The translations under genes were made by a program, and so were the position numbers. Below the pieces are notes generated by a model. It saw only the letters and a list, made by a program, of their open reading frames with translations, made no database searches and was not told where the DNA came from. Source: Octopus vulgaris (Eukaryota). Taken from it: a stretch of 64,000 nt of DNA. The stretch lies in NCBI GenBank assembly GCA_951406725.2, contig OX597826.1, positions 42,222,001-42,286,000 on the forward strand. The letters are read 5' to 3'. Below are positions 13,605-27,144 of the stretch, piece after piece (positions within the stretch are counted from its first letter, which is position 1; every line of letters begins with the position of its first letter).

Positions 13605-14305
13605 ACATTATGTCTATGAAATATCCCGTCAATAAGAACGGAGTCTCACCCCTTTATAGACTTTGTGATGGAAAAGATATCACCAGCCTCATATTCGAAT
13701 GTAGTAAACTTGTACAAAGAGAATACAAACGAAGATACAATATTGTACACGAGTTCATAGTAAATGATGAAAAGAATGTAATAATATAATAAGATATAAT
13801 ATAATAATTATATTATAATAGTATAATATAATATGCTAATATATGTATAATAGTATATGTTGGTGAGAGTTGAAAGGTAGTACAAACATCAATCGAAATG
13901 CAGTGGGTGAAAACGAAGATGCTAAGTTGTGAAATTGCAGTACTCAGTGTGTTCATATGATTGAGGCAGGAAGGCCAGACATTGTTATCGTATAAAAAAA
14001 GGAAATACAGAGCACAATAGCGGACGTAATATCTCCTAGTGACAACAGAATACATGAGAAAGAACAGGAAACGATTGAGAAATACCAAAAACCCGAATGT
14101 AATGTTGAAATAATGTGGTACATAAGAAAGAGTTGAAATTGCGTCATTGGTAGTGGGTGCTCTTGATACAATGATGTACAAAATAGGAATGAAATTATGA
14201 ATAGGATGAACTGGAATTGAAATTAGAACTAAACTATCATAGAAAATCAAATCGCATTATTAAGAACTGCAAGGACTGCTAGGATTATAAGGAAGGCGCT
14301 AAAAA
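13605..14305 (+). mobile_element. Degenerate R4/Dong-like LINE 3' fragment
   Basis: Peptides SPLYRLCDG..I..LIFECSKLVQREYKRR, RPDIVIV and VEIASLVVGAL. Lies next to a (TAC)n tract. Confidence 0.7.
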
Positions 14306-14444
14306 TTGAGTTGGTGGAAAAATACATCCCCACCACCATTTCTACCCCCAAATATTTTCGTTGGTCGTGCCCTTTACACAAGATTTTCCTACAATCCTAC
14401 AACAACTATGACTTCCACTACTACTACTGTCGCTGCTGCTGCTG

Positions 14445-14511
<67 letters not shown>

Positions 14512-14912
14512 ATTTCGCCTATAAAAAACTTCCCCACTAGTTTTATGTCGTGTCTTCATTGATTGATCTGTCAAAGTCTTTCGTTACACATCTGTAATCT
14601 TTTTCCTGCAACTGTTTTCTTTTTGTGGGGAGTGGAAAGATGAGGAAAAGATAAACATTCTATATTGATGGCGAATTTATAAAGCTGTGTGTGTATGTAT
14701 GTACGTATGTGTTCATAGTTGTGCTTGCATATGCCCTATGTAGCAGGAGTAGTGATCATCAGTAGGGTGGTATAAGTACACATAAGTTTGTGAGCGCATG
14801 CAAATATTTAACTTTTTTTCTTTTTCATTTTTATTCTTTTGGCAACTTGACTGAATTGAATTTATGGCGTTATCGACCAATAGATAAGCTGTTGTAGATT
14901 TAGGTGTACGAC

Positions 14913-15258
14913 TGTGGATCCACAATGGCCCAGTGGTTAGGGCAGCGAATTCGCGGTTTCGATTCCCAGACTGGGTGTTCTGAGTGTTTATTGAGCGAAA
15001 ACACTTAAAGCTCCACGAGGCTCCGGCAGGGCGTGGTGGCGAACCCTGCTGTACTCTTTCACCACACCTTTCTCTCACCCCTTCCTGTTTCTGTTGTATT
15101 TCAAAGCGCCAGCCTTGTCACATTCTGTGTCACGCTGAATCTCCCTGAGAATTACATTAAGGGTACACGTGTCTGTGGAGTGCTCAGCCACTTGTATGTT
15201 AATTCCACGAGCAGGCCGTTCCATTGAACCCTCGTCGTCGCAACCGACGGAGTGCCAC
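14913..15258 (+). mobile_element. tRNA-derived SINE family C1
   Basis: Head ATGGCCCAGTGGTTAGGGCAGCG...GGTTTCGATTCCCAGAC. Same family at 22759-23133(-) and 51272-51655(-). Confidence 0.85.
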
Positions 15259-15376
15259 GAGGTGTACAGCTCCCATTGTTAGTTCATCTTCTGTTATTTT
15301 TCTCACGGTATTCAATGTATCCATAGTTGTCACAATTCTGTCTGTTGAGTTATCTCTCTATCTATCTATCTATCTA

Positions 15377-15454
<78 letters not shown>

Positions 15455-15545
15455 AAAATTACTAAGTCTCTCTAAAAGAGATTACGGCAGCGTTACTGGA
15501 CATTAATTGTTATCGCCATATTAATATGGCAGTCTTATAGATATA

Positions 15546-15599
<54 letters not shown>

Positions 15600-15984
15600 G
15601 GGTATGTGTCTATCTACCTATTAATCTATCTCTTTATCTAGCAGTCCATCTGTCTGTTTGTCTGCCTGCCGGTCAATCTTTCTGTCTTTTTTCACCTATC
15701 GGTTTATTTATCTATCCATTTACCTCTCATTTATCTGTGTGCCTGTCACTGTCCGTTTGTCTTCCCATCTATCTACCCGTCAGTCCGTCTATCTATCTAT
15801 CCTAGGCGCAGACATGACTGTGTCATAAGAAGCTTGCTTCCCAACCACATGGTTCCGGGTTCAGTCCCACTGCGTGGCACCTTGCGCAAGTGTCTTCTAC
15901 TATAGCCTCGGGCTGATCGAAGCCTTGTAAGTGGATTTTGTAGACTGAAAGAAGCCTGTCGTATGTGTGTGTGTGTGTGTGTGT

Positions 15985-16033
<49 letters not shown>

Positions 16034-16793
16034 GACAGAGACAGAGAAAGAGAGAGACAGACAGACAGACAGACAGATAGTTCTCTTTAGCTAACTAGCT
16101 GGCTGGCTACCTGTCCTTCTGTCTGCCTTTCTGCCCATCTGTATGCTGATCTATCTATCTATCTATCTATATTGATGTTATTTGCATATGTCGTTAATTT
16201 ATCTTATCTCCAATGATTCGTTCTGTTATCTCTAAGGTGAGATGAAGTACATATTAATATTAGTTAATCGTATTATCTCTGAAGTCGGGGTAACGTAAGT
16301 AATCAAATTTGATAATCCATCGGAATTTTAAGAATAAAGACAGAAGTTCTATTTCGGCATTATTTATTGATTCATTGCGTTGTGTTTAGATAATGTTGGT
16401 AGCGAATAGATGCTGTCGACTTTTTTTCTTGTCCACATTACTTTCCCATAATGCCAGGCGTTTCTCTAAAATAGGTAATAATTCCTTTAGACTTCTGTTC
16501 TATAATAATAACTGAGAGGCAAGGCCTTTTGGATGAAGGTATACTGACCGCAATTCGTGATAAAACGATATCAAAAATGATAGAAAACACTAATGTCTAA
16601 TTCTATACTTATTTTGCCACTCATTATTATTGCATAAATAACGCATAAAGGTTGACTGAAGTTAAATAGCCATAGCAAGATCATTTGTTTTTGGCTGTTC
16701 TATTGTAACCAAATAATAGATACTAATATATTTTGGTAGCCCGTATTGACTGTCTATGAATCACACGAATGGACGTATATATTCTGCCATATG

Positions 16794-17338
16794 TTAAGGG
16801 AATCAAATTTAGGAGATATGCTCTAAATTCAAGCAATACAAAATAGGTGTTTAATTCGCGTCAGTTTCAAACTTAATTGAATTTTTGTTAGAGAATGTAG
16901 GGAATGATATAGCATATAACAACTTTAGATCACAGATATAATATGTCCGTTCAACAGATGAGCCAGGCAGCAATTTGATATAAGCATTAGGTCACTGATA
17001 TAGTGTTATCTTTCCTCTATCTCTGCATCACGGAACAATCCTTAGAAATTAACGTTAATTACTTTAACCTCATCAATTTTGGAATGTCTGCTAATATCAT
17101 GGATACTCTCCTCTCTTATCCAATAAATTTCAAAAGATAACAGAGGAGACTCGAGGGTGAATCGTAGATCACTTTATTCTCTTCTCTAATGTCAGAAGCA
17201 TGGTTTGACGTCATTACTTCAAATTTATAAAATATGCATGTGTGCGTAAGTGACTCTTCATACTGAAAATCAGAGGAGGCAAGCTGAAACGTCAAACGAT
17301 ATAATTAAGGGTAGGTATATAGAATCTGTAATTGTATG

Positions 17339-17408
<70 letters not shown>

Positions 17409-17418
17409 TGTATGTATG

Positions 17419-17469
<51 letters not shown>

Positions 17470-18461
17470 GCATACATATATATTTTATATATAGAATCAC
17501 ACACAGGGTGTTCGGCTTAAATTTGATGGTTTGCACAAAAGGAAAAGAAAGCACTATATCCCAATCAAAAACAAAAGTTTTTTGTTTGTTTTAAATCATA
17601 AAACATCAACTAGATTATGGCTGGGAGATAACTGTTTCCTCAAAGTAATCGCCCTCAGCTCCCACCACGGCCTTAAAACGGCTCCGTAATCTGGTTTATG
17701 CGTTCATCAGTGTCCCTGGGAAGATCTTCGAACACCTCCTTGACCTTGTCTAACATCTCAGCCTTGGTGTTACAGGCAGAGCAGGTGGTATCTTTCTTAA
17801 CCGCGCCTCACACATAGTAAGTCATGTTTGTTTGTTCCTTCTCGGGCTACGCCTGGCTCATAAGGGCCGGTTTCCCGGTTTCCTTGGCGTATAGGTTCCC
17901 CACCTAATTAAGGGAATCAAATTTAGGAGATATGCTCTAAATTCAAGCAATACAAAATAGGTGTCTAATCCACGTTAGTTTCAAACTTTATTGAATTTTT
18001 GTTAGAGAATGTAGGGAATGATATAGCATATAACTACTTTAGATCACAGGTATAATATGTCCGCTCAACAGAGGAGCCAGGCAGGCAGCAATTTGATATA
18101 AGCATTAGGTCACTGATATAGTGTTATCTTTCCTCTATCTCTGCATCACTGAACAATCCTTAGAAATTAACGTTAATTGCTTTAACCTCATCAATTTTGG
18201 AACGTCTGCTAATATCATGGATACTCCCCTCTCTTATCCCATAAATTTCAAAAGATAACAGAGGAGACTCCAGGGTGAATCGTACATCACTTTATTCTCT
18301 TTTCTAATGTCAGAAGCATGGTTTGACTTCATTACTTCAAATTTATAAAATATGCATGTGTGCGTATGTGACTCTTCATACTGAAAATCAGAGGATGCAA
18401 GCTGAAACGTCAAGCGATATAATTAAGGCTAGGTATATAGAACCTGAAATTGTATGTATGT

Positions 18462-18540
<79 letters not shown>

Positions 18541-18550
18541 TGTATGTATG

Positions 18551-18621
<71 letters not shown>

Positions 18622-19056
18622 GCATACATATATATTTTATATATAGAATCGCACACAGGGTGTTCGGCTTAAATCTGATGGTTTGCACAAAAGGAAAAGA
18701 AAGCACTATATCTCAATCAAAAACAAAAGTTTTTTTTTTTTTAAATCATAAAACATCAACTAGATTATGGCTGGGAGATAACTGTTTCCTCAAAAGTAAT
18801 CGCCCTCAGCTCCCACCACGGCCTTAAAACGGCTCCGGAATCTGGTTCATGCGTTCATCAGTGTCCCTGGGAAGATCTTCGAACACCTCCTTGATCTTGT
18901 CTACCATCTCAGCCTTGGTATTACAGACAGAGCAGTTGGTATCTTTCTTAACCGCGCCTCACACGTAGTAAGTCATGTTTGTTTGTTCCTTCTCGAGCCA
19001 TACCTGGCTCATAAGGGCCGGTTTCCCGGTTTCCTTGGCGTATAGGTTCCCCACCT
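16794..19056 (+). repeat. Tandem duplication of ~1.1 kb (16794-17905 and 17908-19056)
   Basis: Both units begin TTAAGGGAATCAAATTTAGGAGATATGC and are colinear with scattered substitutions. Unit 1 ends inside a SINE at ...GTTCCCCACCT. Confidence 0.95.
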
Positions 19057-19863
19057 GGACGGGACGCCGGTCCATTGCAGGTGAGCTGCAAGATGCAGAA
19101 GGAAAGAGTGAGAGAAAGTTGTGGCGAAAGAGTCAGCTGAAGTTCGCCATTACCTTCTGCCGGAGCCGCATGGAGCTTAGGTGTTTCGCTCATAAACACA
19201 CACATCGCCCTGTCTGAGATTCGAACCCGCAATCCCTCGACCGTTAGTCCGCTGCTCTAACCACTAGGCCATGTGCCTCCACTAGTAAGCCGTGCGATTA
19301 CAATCGGGAGAATTAGGAAGCCAGAAAATGGGGCTGGTGAAATCGTAGAAATTCCCCGACAACTACTTCCGATTCTTTCCGAATACAGCAAGGAGTCAAA
19401 TCCTGATCCCACACTTATGAGCTCCCTCGGCAACTCTTTCCAGTCAGCGTTTGACTACAGTCTCCAGCAGCTTCACATAGCCGTCGGAATTTAGTCTGAA
19501 GCCCTGTTCAAATACGTGGAGCGGCATGATGTCACCCTGACAGGAGACACCCCCAAACCATGACAGTTTTGGGGAACTTCGTTTACATGACGATTATGTC
19601 ACCACTTACAGAATTTACAGTGTTCACAGAGCATTGAGCAGCAGTCATGATGTCGGATTTTGATACCCGGCGTGAATCATCATAACACAGGTAACTTTTT
19701 TTCCAATATTCAGATATTTTCCAATCCCCCATGTTAGCTAACTTTTTCTCAACTACAGTTTTAGTCCTTATGCTCTCCAACGCCGTTGACCGTTCACCAA
19801 TGCATAAAACTGTTCCTGAAAAATGTAGATATAAATATCGTCAAATTTAATCCGAACACCCTG
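18656..19863 (-). mobile_element. Tc1/mariner-superfamily element (maT/rosa-like), degenerate, with TIRs; left end duplicated at 17504-17824
   Basis: TIRs CAGGGTGTTCGGCTTAAAT and ATTTAATCCGAACACCCTG-TA. Minus-strand remnants PNSPDCN..YYV*GAV and [17 protein letters not shown]. Interrupted by a SINE C2. Confidence 0.8.
18973..19282 (-). mobile_element. tRNA-derived SINE family C2
   Basis: Head GTGGAGGCACATGGCCTAGTGGTTAGAGC...GGTTCGAATCTC, (ACAA)n tail, TSD TAGTAAG. A second copy at 43711-44004 has TSD AACATCCA; a truncated copy lies at 17825-17905. Confidence 0.88.
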
Positions 19864-19909
19864 TATACGTATGTGTGCATATTTGTGTGTGCGAGTGCCT
19901 CTGTGTGAG

Positions 19910-19957
<48 letters not shown>

Positions 19958-20869
19958 TATATGCGCCACTGTAAAATCTGTCTCTTTTTTTTAGCTGTGT
20001 CTCCATGTGCTCTGTAGGCTAACGGATCGACGAAAAAGATTGATAAAATAAGTATTATACTGAAATATGAACTTGAAGCAATATGATTAACAAAATCAGG
20101 TCTTTTCAACTTGAGCGGTTTCAATTCTTGTATGGGCTGTGAAACAACGTACTGAAAATGTTGACTATTTTGAAATGTTACCAACATTTTGCATAATTAA
20201 ATTACCAAGTAACTCTTTGGTACTACAGATTATAGTAGTTCATATGGTTCTGTATATATATATATATACATCTGTATTAGCCTATGTGTAAGTAAGTATA
20301 TTATACATATATACGCAACTGTCTCATATACGCAAATTTCTCATACAATTTATGTATGACACATTTCAAGTGGCAGGCTATTATTAAGTACAATTGAACA
20401 TAAAATTTAGCCATCTTGTTTTCCATCAATTATTTATGACTATTCTGAAAATTTTCCATACCCTAATGACTCCGATGAATAAAATTTGACGCCAATTATG
20501 ATGTTTGTGCATTTATTGCTTCTCCGGAGAGAACTTTAAGCAATGAAACCATGAAACCTTCTCGAATAAAGTCTCATTTGTATTCTAAGTATTTTGGTCG
20601 GGAGGCGAAGTTTATATATTTCTTTCAACATAAGGCTTAATTCGAAAAACATTGTTCTCGGCATTTCAGAAGGCTACTACACTGTGTTATAACAGCATGA
20701 TTGCATCGTACAATATTGTGTTACACATCACGAAGTCCAGTAAGTTCCACTTTATAAGAAGATCACTATTTTTGATTTATTGATAAAATTCTATTGACTG
20801 TTATAGAAAAAAGAAGTTTTACTCCGTCACCAGGACACTTCCACTCAGTAACGATGAAATTACTAGACT

Positions 20870-20941
<72 letters not shown>

Positions 20942-21034
20942 ATCAAACATGAACAAAGAGAAAACACAACAACGCAAGGACGTGGAACAAGTATAGTGTT
21001 ATTGGACGCTTAGGAAAGGAAGGAAAGAAAGAGG

Positions 21035-21069
21035 ATTTAACATTTCGAGCGGAGCTCTTCGTCAGAAAT
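21035..21069 (-). ncRNA. Putative minimal type-I hammerhead ribozyme motif (Penelope/retrozyme type)
   Basis: ATTT-CTGACGA-A-GAGC-tcc-GCTC-GAAA-T-GTT-AAAT: intact CUGANGA and GAAA core boxes, stem II GAGC/GCTC, stem I ATTT/AAAT, vestigial stem III. Confidence 0.6.
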
Positions 21070-22138
21070 ATAGCAAAAAGAAAAAGTCCAAGGAAGGGAA
21101 GGAGAAAGAAAATTGCCAACGATACACATGCGGTCACATATTGAAATGACCGGAAGGGAATGGGTGAAGAAAAAGTTCTTTCAAAGACAGGAGAGTGCAA
21201 GAGAAGGAGGTATGTGTGTGTATGTGTGGGTATGTGTGTGCGCGTAGGTCTGTGTGTGTGTGTTATTTCTGCAGTTGTGACAGCCATGTCTTGATGGTAT
21301 ATGTTCAGTTGTCAATGAAAATATTCAACTCTATGAGGAATTGTTGTTCGCTGATTATTGTTGTTTGACATTGATTAGTACTATTGGAGGTAGATACTGA
21401 GGCTAATACCGATGTTTGCCAAAAAGCAGCCACGATGTTCATTTCATCAAACTGTTTGATATATTTATAGAATTTTTTAAATAACAAACAACGGACAATT
21501 TGGTGAATAAATCACTTTTATTTTTTTTAGCGATATATTCACAGAAATTAATGATATTAGAGCGTTTTCAAAAGAAGCAGAAAACGCTTGCCGACTATAA
21601 AGTGTCCATTACTCCTTCCATTTCTAAATTAAACCTTTGTAAAGATGAACATTTCTAAACAGTAGCTCCATAAATTTTAACAATTGGTTTGCCTGAAAGC
21701 TGAATTGGTTCATGAAGATATAATTAGCTATCGTGACTGTTATAATCATTGCACGACGAGATGATATGGTGATTCTAAAATATTGCGTTTTCTATTCCAG
21801 TTTAGATTAGTAACTTAGTCGATTGCGAAGACGTGTGCATGTTTTATTAGTTAGAAAATTACCATCATGCTGATGCTATATCGATTTCATGAGGAACAAG
21901 GTTTGTGATGTCATCAAATTATATCGAACTCATACACTAATCTATTGTAGAACTTATTTCTACACGATACCTGTAATATTGGCAATTTTCCTTACATTAG
22001 TTTCCTCTTCTTCACCGCTATTTCCTTCTTCGTGGAGCTTGCGTGAAGAAGCATAAACAATTCGCAGGAACAAGCAATTAAAAACAAAGAGAGACTGTGT
22101 ACACGATAGAAACAGAAATTTGATATTTGTTGTCATTA

Positions 22139-22725
22139 AAGGCAGCGAGCTGGTAGAATCAGCACATCGGGCAAAATGCTTAGTGGTATATTTCGTCTGC
22201 CGCTACGTTCTGAGTTCAAATTCCGCCGAGGTCGACTATGCCTTTCATCCTTTCGGAGTCGATTAAATAAGTACCAGTTACGCACTGGGGTCGATATAAT
22301 CGGCTTAACCCGTTTGTCTGTCCTTGTTTGTCCTCTCTGTGTTTAGCCCCTTGTGGGTAGTCAAGAAATAGATATTTCGTCTGCCGTTACGTTCTGAGTT
22401 CAAATTCCGCCGAGGTCGACTTTGCCTTTCATCCTTTCGAGGTCGATAAATTAAGTACCAGTTACGCATTGGGGTTGATATAATTGACTTAATCCGTCTG
22501 TCTGTCCTTGTTTGTCTCCTCTGTATTTAGCCCCTTGTGGGCAGTACTGAAATAGGTATTTCGTCCGTCTTTAACGCTCTGATTTCAAATTCCGCCAAGG
22601 TCGACATTCTCTTTCATCCTTTCGGAGTTGATAAAATAAGTACCAGTTGAGCACTGAGATCGATGTAATCCACAAACCCCAATTCCCAAAATAGCTGACC
22701 TCGCGCCAAAATTTGAAACCAATAT
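22139..22725 (+). mobile_element. SINE family B trimer
   Basis: One head followed by three tandem cores. Confidence 0.88.
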
Positions 22726-22758
22726 TATTTATTATCATTAGTGTACAATATTGGCAGA

Positions 22759-23133
22759 GGGGGGAGCACTCCGTCGGTTACGACGATGAGGGTCCCAGCT
22801 GATACGATCAACGGAACAGCTTGCTCGTGGAATTAACGTGCATGTGGCTGAGCACTCCACAGACACGTGTACCCTTAACGTAGTTCTCGAGGAGATTCAG
22901 CGTGACACAGAGTGTGACAAGGCTGGCCCTTTGAAATACAGGTACAACAGAAACAGGAAGAAAGTTGTGGTGAAAGAGTACAGCAGGGTTCACCACCACC
23001 CCCTGCAGGCGCCTCGTGAAGCTTTAGGTGTTTTCGCTCAATAAACACTCACAATGCCCGGTCTGGGAATCGAAACCGCGATCCTACGACCGCGAGTCCG
23101 CTGCCCTAACCACTGGGCCATTGCGCCTCCACT
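22759..23133 (-). mobile_element. SINE family C1, full length
   Basis: TSD AATATTGGCAGA at 22747-22758 and 23134-23145. Confidence 0.9.
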
Positions 23134-24345
23134 AATATTGGCAGAATCGGTTAAGTGGCGAGTAAATGGTAAACTATATGTAGTTATGTCTGTTTACTTT
23201 CAAATTCCTCCCGGAGTTAGATCTGTATTTCCTATTTCTCAGTTTCAATGAATTAAAATAACAGTTAAGTACAGGAAAATAATTGAACTCGATTACTTAT
23301 CATTGGGGTCTTAGCCCCTATGTGAAAAATCCTTGTAAACCTTTGCTACATTACAGATTACATAGTCTCTAAATTCGTTTCCATTTATTTCTTGACAAAA
23401 TATAGGCATAGGAGTGACTGTGTGGTAGTAATTTGCTAACGAACCACATGGTTCTGGGTTCAGTCCCACTGCGTGGCACCTTGGGCAAGTGTCTTCTACT
23501 AAAGTCTCGGGCCGACCAAAGCCTTGTGAGTGGATTTGGTAGACGGAAATTGAAAGAAGACCGTCGTATATATGTAAATGTATATATATATGTATGTGTG
23601 TGTATATGTTTGTGTGTCTGTGTATGTTCCCCCAACATCGCTTGACAACCGATGCTGGTGCGTTTAGGTTCCCGTAACTTAGCGGTTCGGCAAAATAGGC
23701 CGATAGAATAAGTACTAGACTTACAAAGAATAAAATCTGGAGTCGGTTTGGTCGACTACAGGTGGTGCTCCAGCATGGCCATAGTCAAATGACTGAAACA
23801 AGTAAAAGAGTAAAAGAGTAAAATGGATGACGAGGATTCTTCCACGAAAATAGTAGCCAATCCGCCTCAGACTACACCCTTATTCTCTTGTATTACTTCA
23901 GAGCACATTAGATAATGTAGTCATACGCACCCCGAAAAGGTGGGAGTGTCACGGATAGAATACCTTTGATCATAGTTCTGTTCGATCAGACTTCCCTTGG
24001 AATTAAACAACAATAATCTAACAGTAACTGAGTAGACGCGGAACCCTATGTACTCTATAGCTAGATCTTTCTTATACCACGTTTTAATTCCTCTGTCTTA
24101 AAATAAGCCAGCCATTGCATAATGCAGTCCTAAATACTCTATGGCCCAAGCAAAAACAAAAAAATTCGCGATGGACATGACACGGTTGCTTTCTACTACA
24201 AATTAACTCGACTAGAGATGACTAAAGATTAAAGAACTCGTTGGAGATCGTAGTTGTGAAGAAAAAACAAAAGACTGAGTAAAATGTATTAATAAAGGCG
24301 CGGTAGTGGCTGTGTGGTAAATATTGAAATGTATATATGTGTATA

Positions 24346-25413
24346 TGCGCAGGAGTGGCTGTGTGGTAAGTAGCTTGCTTACCAACCACATGGTTCCGGG
24401 TTCAGTCCCACTGCGTGGCACCTTGGGCAAGTGTCTTCTACTATAGCCTCGGGCCGACCAAAGCCTTGTGAGTGGATTTGGTAGACGGAAACTGAAAGAA
24501 GCCCGTCGTATATATGTATATGTGTGTGTGTGTGTGTTTGTCACTCCAAACATCGCTTGACAACCGATGCTCGTGTGTTTACATCCCCGTCACCTAGCGG
24601 TTCGGCAAAAGAGACGGATAGAATAAGTACTAGGCTTACAAAGAATAACTCCTGGGATCGATTTGCTCGACTAAAGGCGGTGCTCCAGCATGGCCACAGT
24701 CAAATGACTGAAAGAAGTAACAGAGTAAAAGAGTAATGACGGTAAAAGGAATAAGCAGGTAAATAAGAAATATTATGAGCGTAAGCGTGGTTGTGTGGCA
24801 TAGGGAACACGTGGCTGTGTAGTAAGAAGTTTGCTTCCTCACCACATAGTTTCGGTTTCAGTCCCACTGCATGGCACAGTGGGGCAAGTGTATTTTACTA
24901 TAGTCTCGAGCCGACGAAAGCCTTGTGAATGGATTTAGTAGACGAAAAGAAGCTCAACGTATGTGTGTATGTATGTGTGTGTGTGTGTGCGTGCGTGCGT
25001 GTTTGTATTTGTCCTCCACCACTGCTTGACAACCAGTGTTGGTTTGTTTACGTCCCCGTATACTCGAGGTTCGGCAACAGAGACCGATAGAATAAGTGCT
25101 AGACTTAGAAATAAACAAACAAACAAACAAAAAATACTGGGGTTGATTTGTTCGACTAAACTCTTCAAGGTGGTGCTCTAGCATGGCCGTAGTCCAATAA
25201 CTAAAACAAGTAAAAAAAAAAAATAATAAAAGATTAAGATTACTAAGAGGCGCAGGAGTGGCTGTGTGGTAAGTAGCTTACTAACCAACCACATGGTTCC
25301 GGGTTCAGTCCCACAGCGTGGCACCTTGGGCAAGTGTCTTCTGCTATAGCCTCGGGCCGACCAATGCCTTGTGAGTGGATTTGGTAGACAGAAACTGAAA
25401 GAAGCCCGTCGTA

Positions 25414-25473
<60 letters not shown>

Positions 25474-25682
25474 TGTGTGTGTGTGCGTCTGTGTTTGTCC
25501 CCTAGCATTGCTTGACAACCAATGCTGGTGTGTTTATGTCCCCGTTACTTAGCGGTTCGGCAAAAAGAGACCGATAGAATAAGTACTGGGCTTACAAAAG
25601 AATAAGTCCCGGGGTCGAGTTGCTCGATTAAAGGCGGTGCTCCAGCATGGCCGCAGTCAAATGACTCAAACAAAAAAAAAAA
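24346..25682 (+). mobile_element. Three consecutive SINE-A copies
   Basis: Heads at ~24346, ~24780-24810 and ~25247. The last A-tail ends about 10 nt from the DHDH exon-1 donor. Confidence 0.88.
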
Positions 25683-25692
25683 TAGTACTTAC

Positions 25693-25776
25693 TTTGTGTT
25701 CTGAAGGATCCAAACACTGTAAGGCATTGCAAAAATCCGTTGCAATCAACCCCGCCGAACAGATTCCCCAACGCAT
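25693..25776 (-). CDS. DHDH: DHDH-like (trans-1,2-dihydrobenzene-1,2-diol / D-xylose dehydrogenase, Gfo/Idh/MocA family), coding exon 1
   Basis: Minus strand translates MRWGICSAGLIATDFCNALQCLDPSEHK and is followed by donor GTAAGT (phase 0). This matches the Rossmann N-terminus of DHDH (human MALRWGIVSVGLISSDF...EHQ, recalled). An acceptor TTTCAG lies 11 nt upstream of the ATG, so the exon probably starts at 25787. Confidence 0.92.
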
Positions 25777-26193
25777 CGTTTCACGTTCTGAAATAGACTA
25801 ACGGAATAAACTTGTATTTGGTGGTCGCTGTATCTGTTACAAACAAGTAGGTCAGTTTACGTACACATACCTCTTTTATATAACCTTATATATGGACTTT
25901 TAAATTCTTATCTTTTCAGCTCATTTCTAAGTTATTTGTTTCTATCTAATCTTGATATATAAACTCAGTAGTTGTCGATAATATTCGAATTTTCTCTGAT
26001 TACTTTTTATTAAATCATTAATCTATAAAATTAACACGTGCGCGTGTATGCGTGATTGTGTGTGCGTACGGGCGTGTGTGTGTGTGTGCTTCTATATTCC
26101 AATGACCTAGATACTGTCACATCTAACAGCACCCACATTAATCCTCATGACATTTGTCAATTCTCTCTAACTTTCCCTGACAATAAATCATCC

Positions 26194-27144
26194 ACACAGC
26201 CTTAGAAACCTATTTCTTTACTACCCACAAGGGGCTAAACACAGAGAGGACGAACAAGGACAGACAAACGGATTAAGTCGATTATATCGACTCCAGTGCA
26301 TAACTGGTACTTATTTAATCGACCCCGAAAGGATGAAAGGCAAAGTCGACCTCAGTGGAATTTGAACTCAGAACGTAACGGCAGACGAAATACCGCTAAG
26401 CATTTCGCCCGGCGTGCTAACAACTCTGCCAGCTCGCTGCCTTACACAGCCTTAGATACCTATTTCTTTACTACCCACAAGGAGCTAAACACAGAGAAGA
26501 CAAACAAGGACAGGCAAACGGATTAAGTCGATTATATCGACCCCAGTCCGTAACTGATGCTTATTTAATCGACCCCGAAAGGATGAAAGGCAAAGTCGAC
26601 CTCGGTGGAATTTGAACTCAGAACGTAACGGCAGACGAAATACCTATTTCTTTACTACCCACAAGGGGCTAAACACAGAGAGGACAAACAAGGACAGACA
26701 AACAGATTAAGTCAATTATATCGATCCCAGTGCGTAACTGGTACTTAATTTATCGACCCCGAAAGGATGAAAGGCAAAGTCGGCCTCGGCGGAATTTGAA
26801 TTCAGAACGTAACGGCAGACGAAATACCGATAAGCATTTCGCCCGGCGTGCTAACAACTCTGCCAGCTCGCTGCCTTACACAGCCTTAGATACCTATTTC
26901 TTTACTACCCACAAGGGGCTAAACACAGAGAGGACGAACAAGGACAGACAAACGGATTAAGTCGATTATATCGACCCCAGTGCGTAACTGGCAGTTATTT
27001 AATCGACTCCGAAAGGATGAAAGGCAAAGTCGACCTCGGTGGAATTTGAACTCAGAACGTAATGGCAGACGAAATACCGCTAAGCATTTCGCCCAGCTTG
27101 CTAACAACTCTGCCAGCTCGCTGCCTTACACAGCCTTAGATACC
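26194..27144 (-). repeat. Tandem array of SINE-B units punctuated by a repeated 17-bp flank
   Basis: ACACAGCCTTAGA(A/T)ACC occurs at 26194, 26444, 26878 and 27128 (spacing 250, 434, 250). Confidence 0.9.

Noticed and set aside
26194-27144. CRISPR-like repeat/spacer appearance
   Set aside because: The apparent spacers are near-identical SINE copies, the context is eukaryotic, and there are no cas genes.
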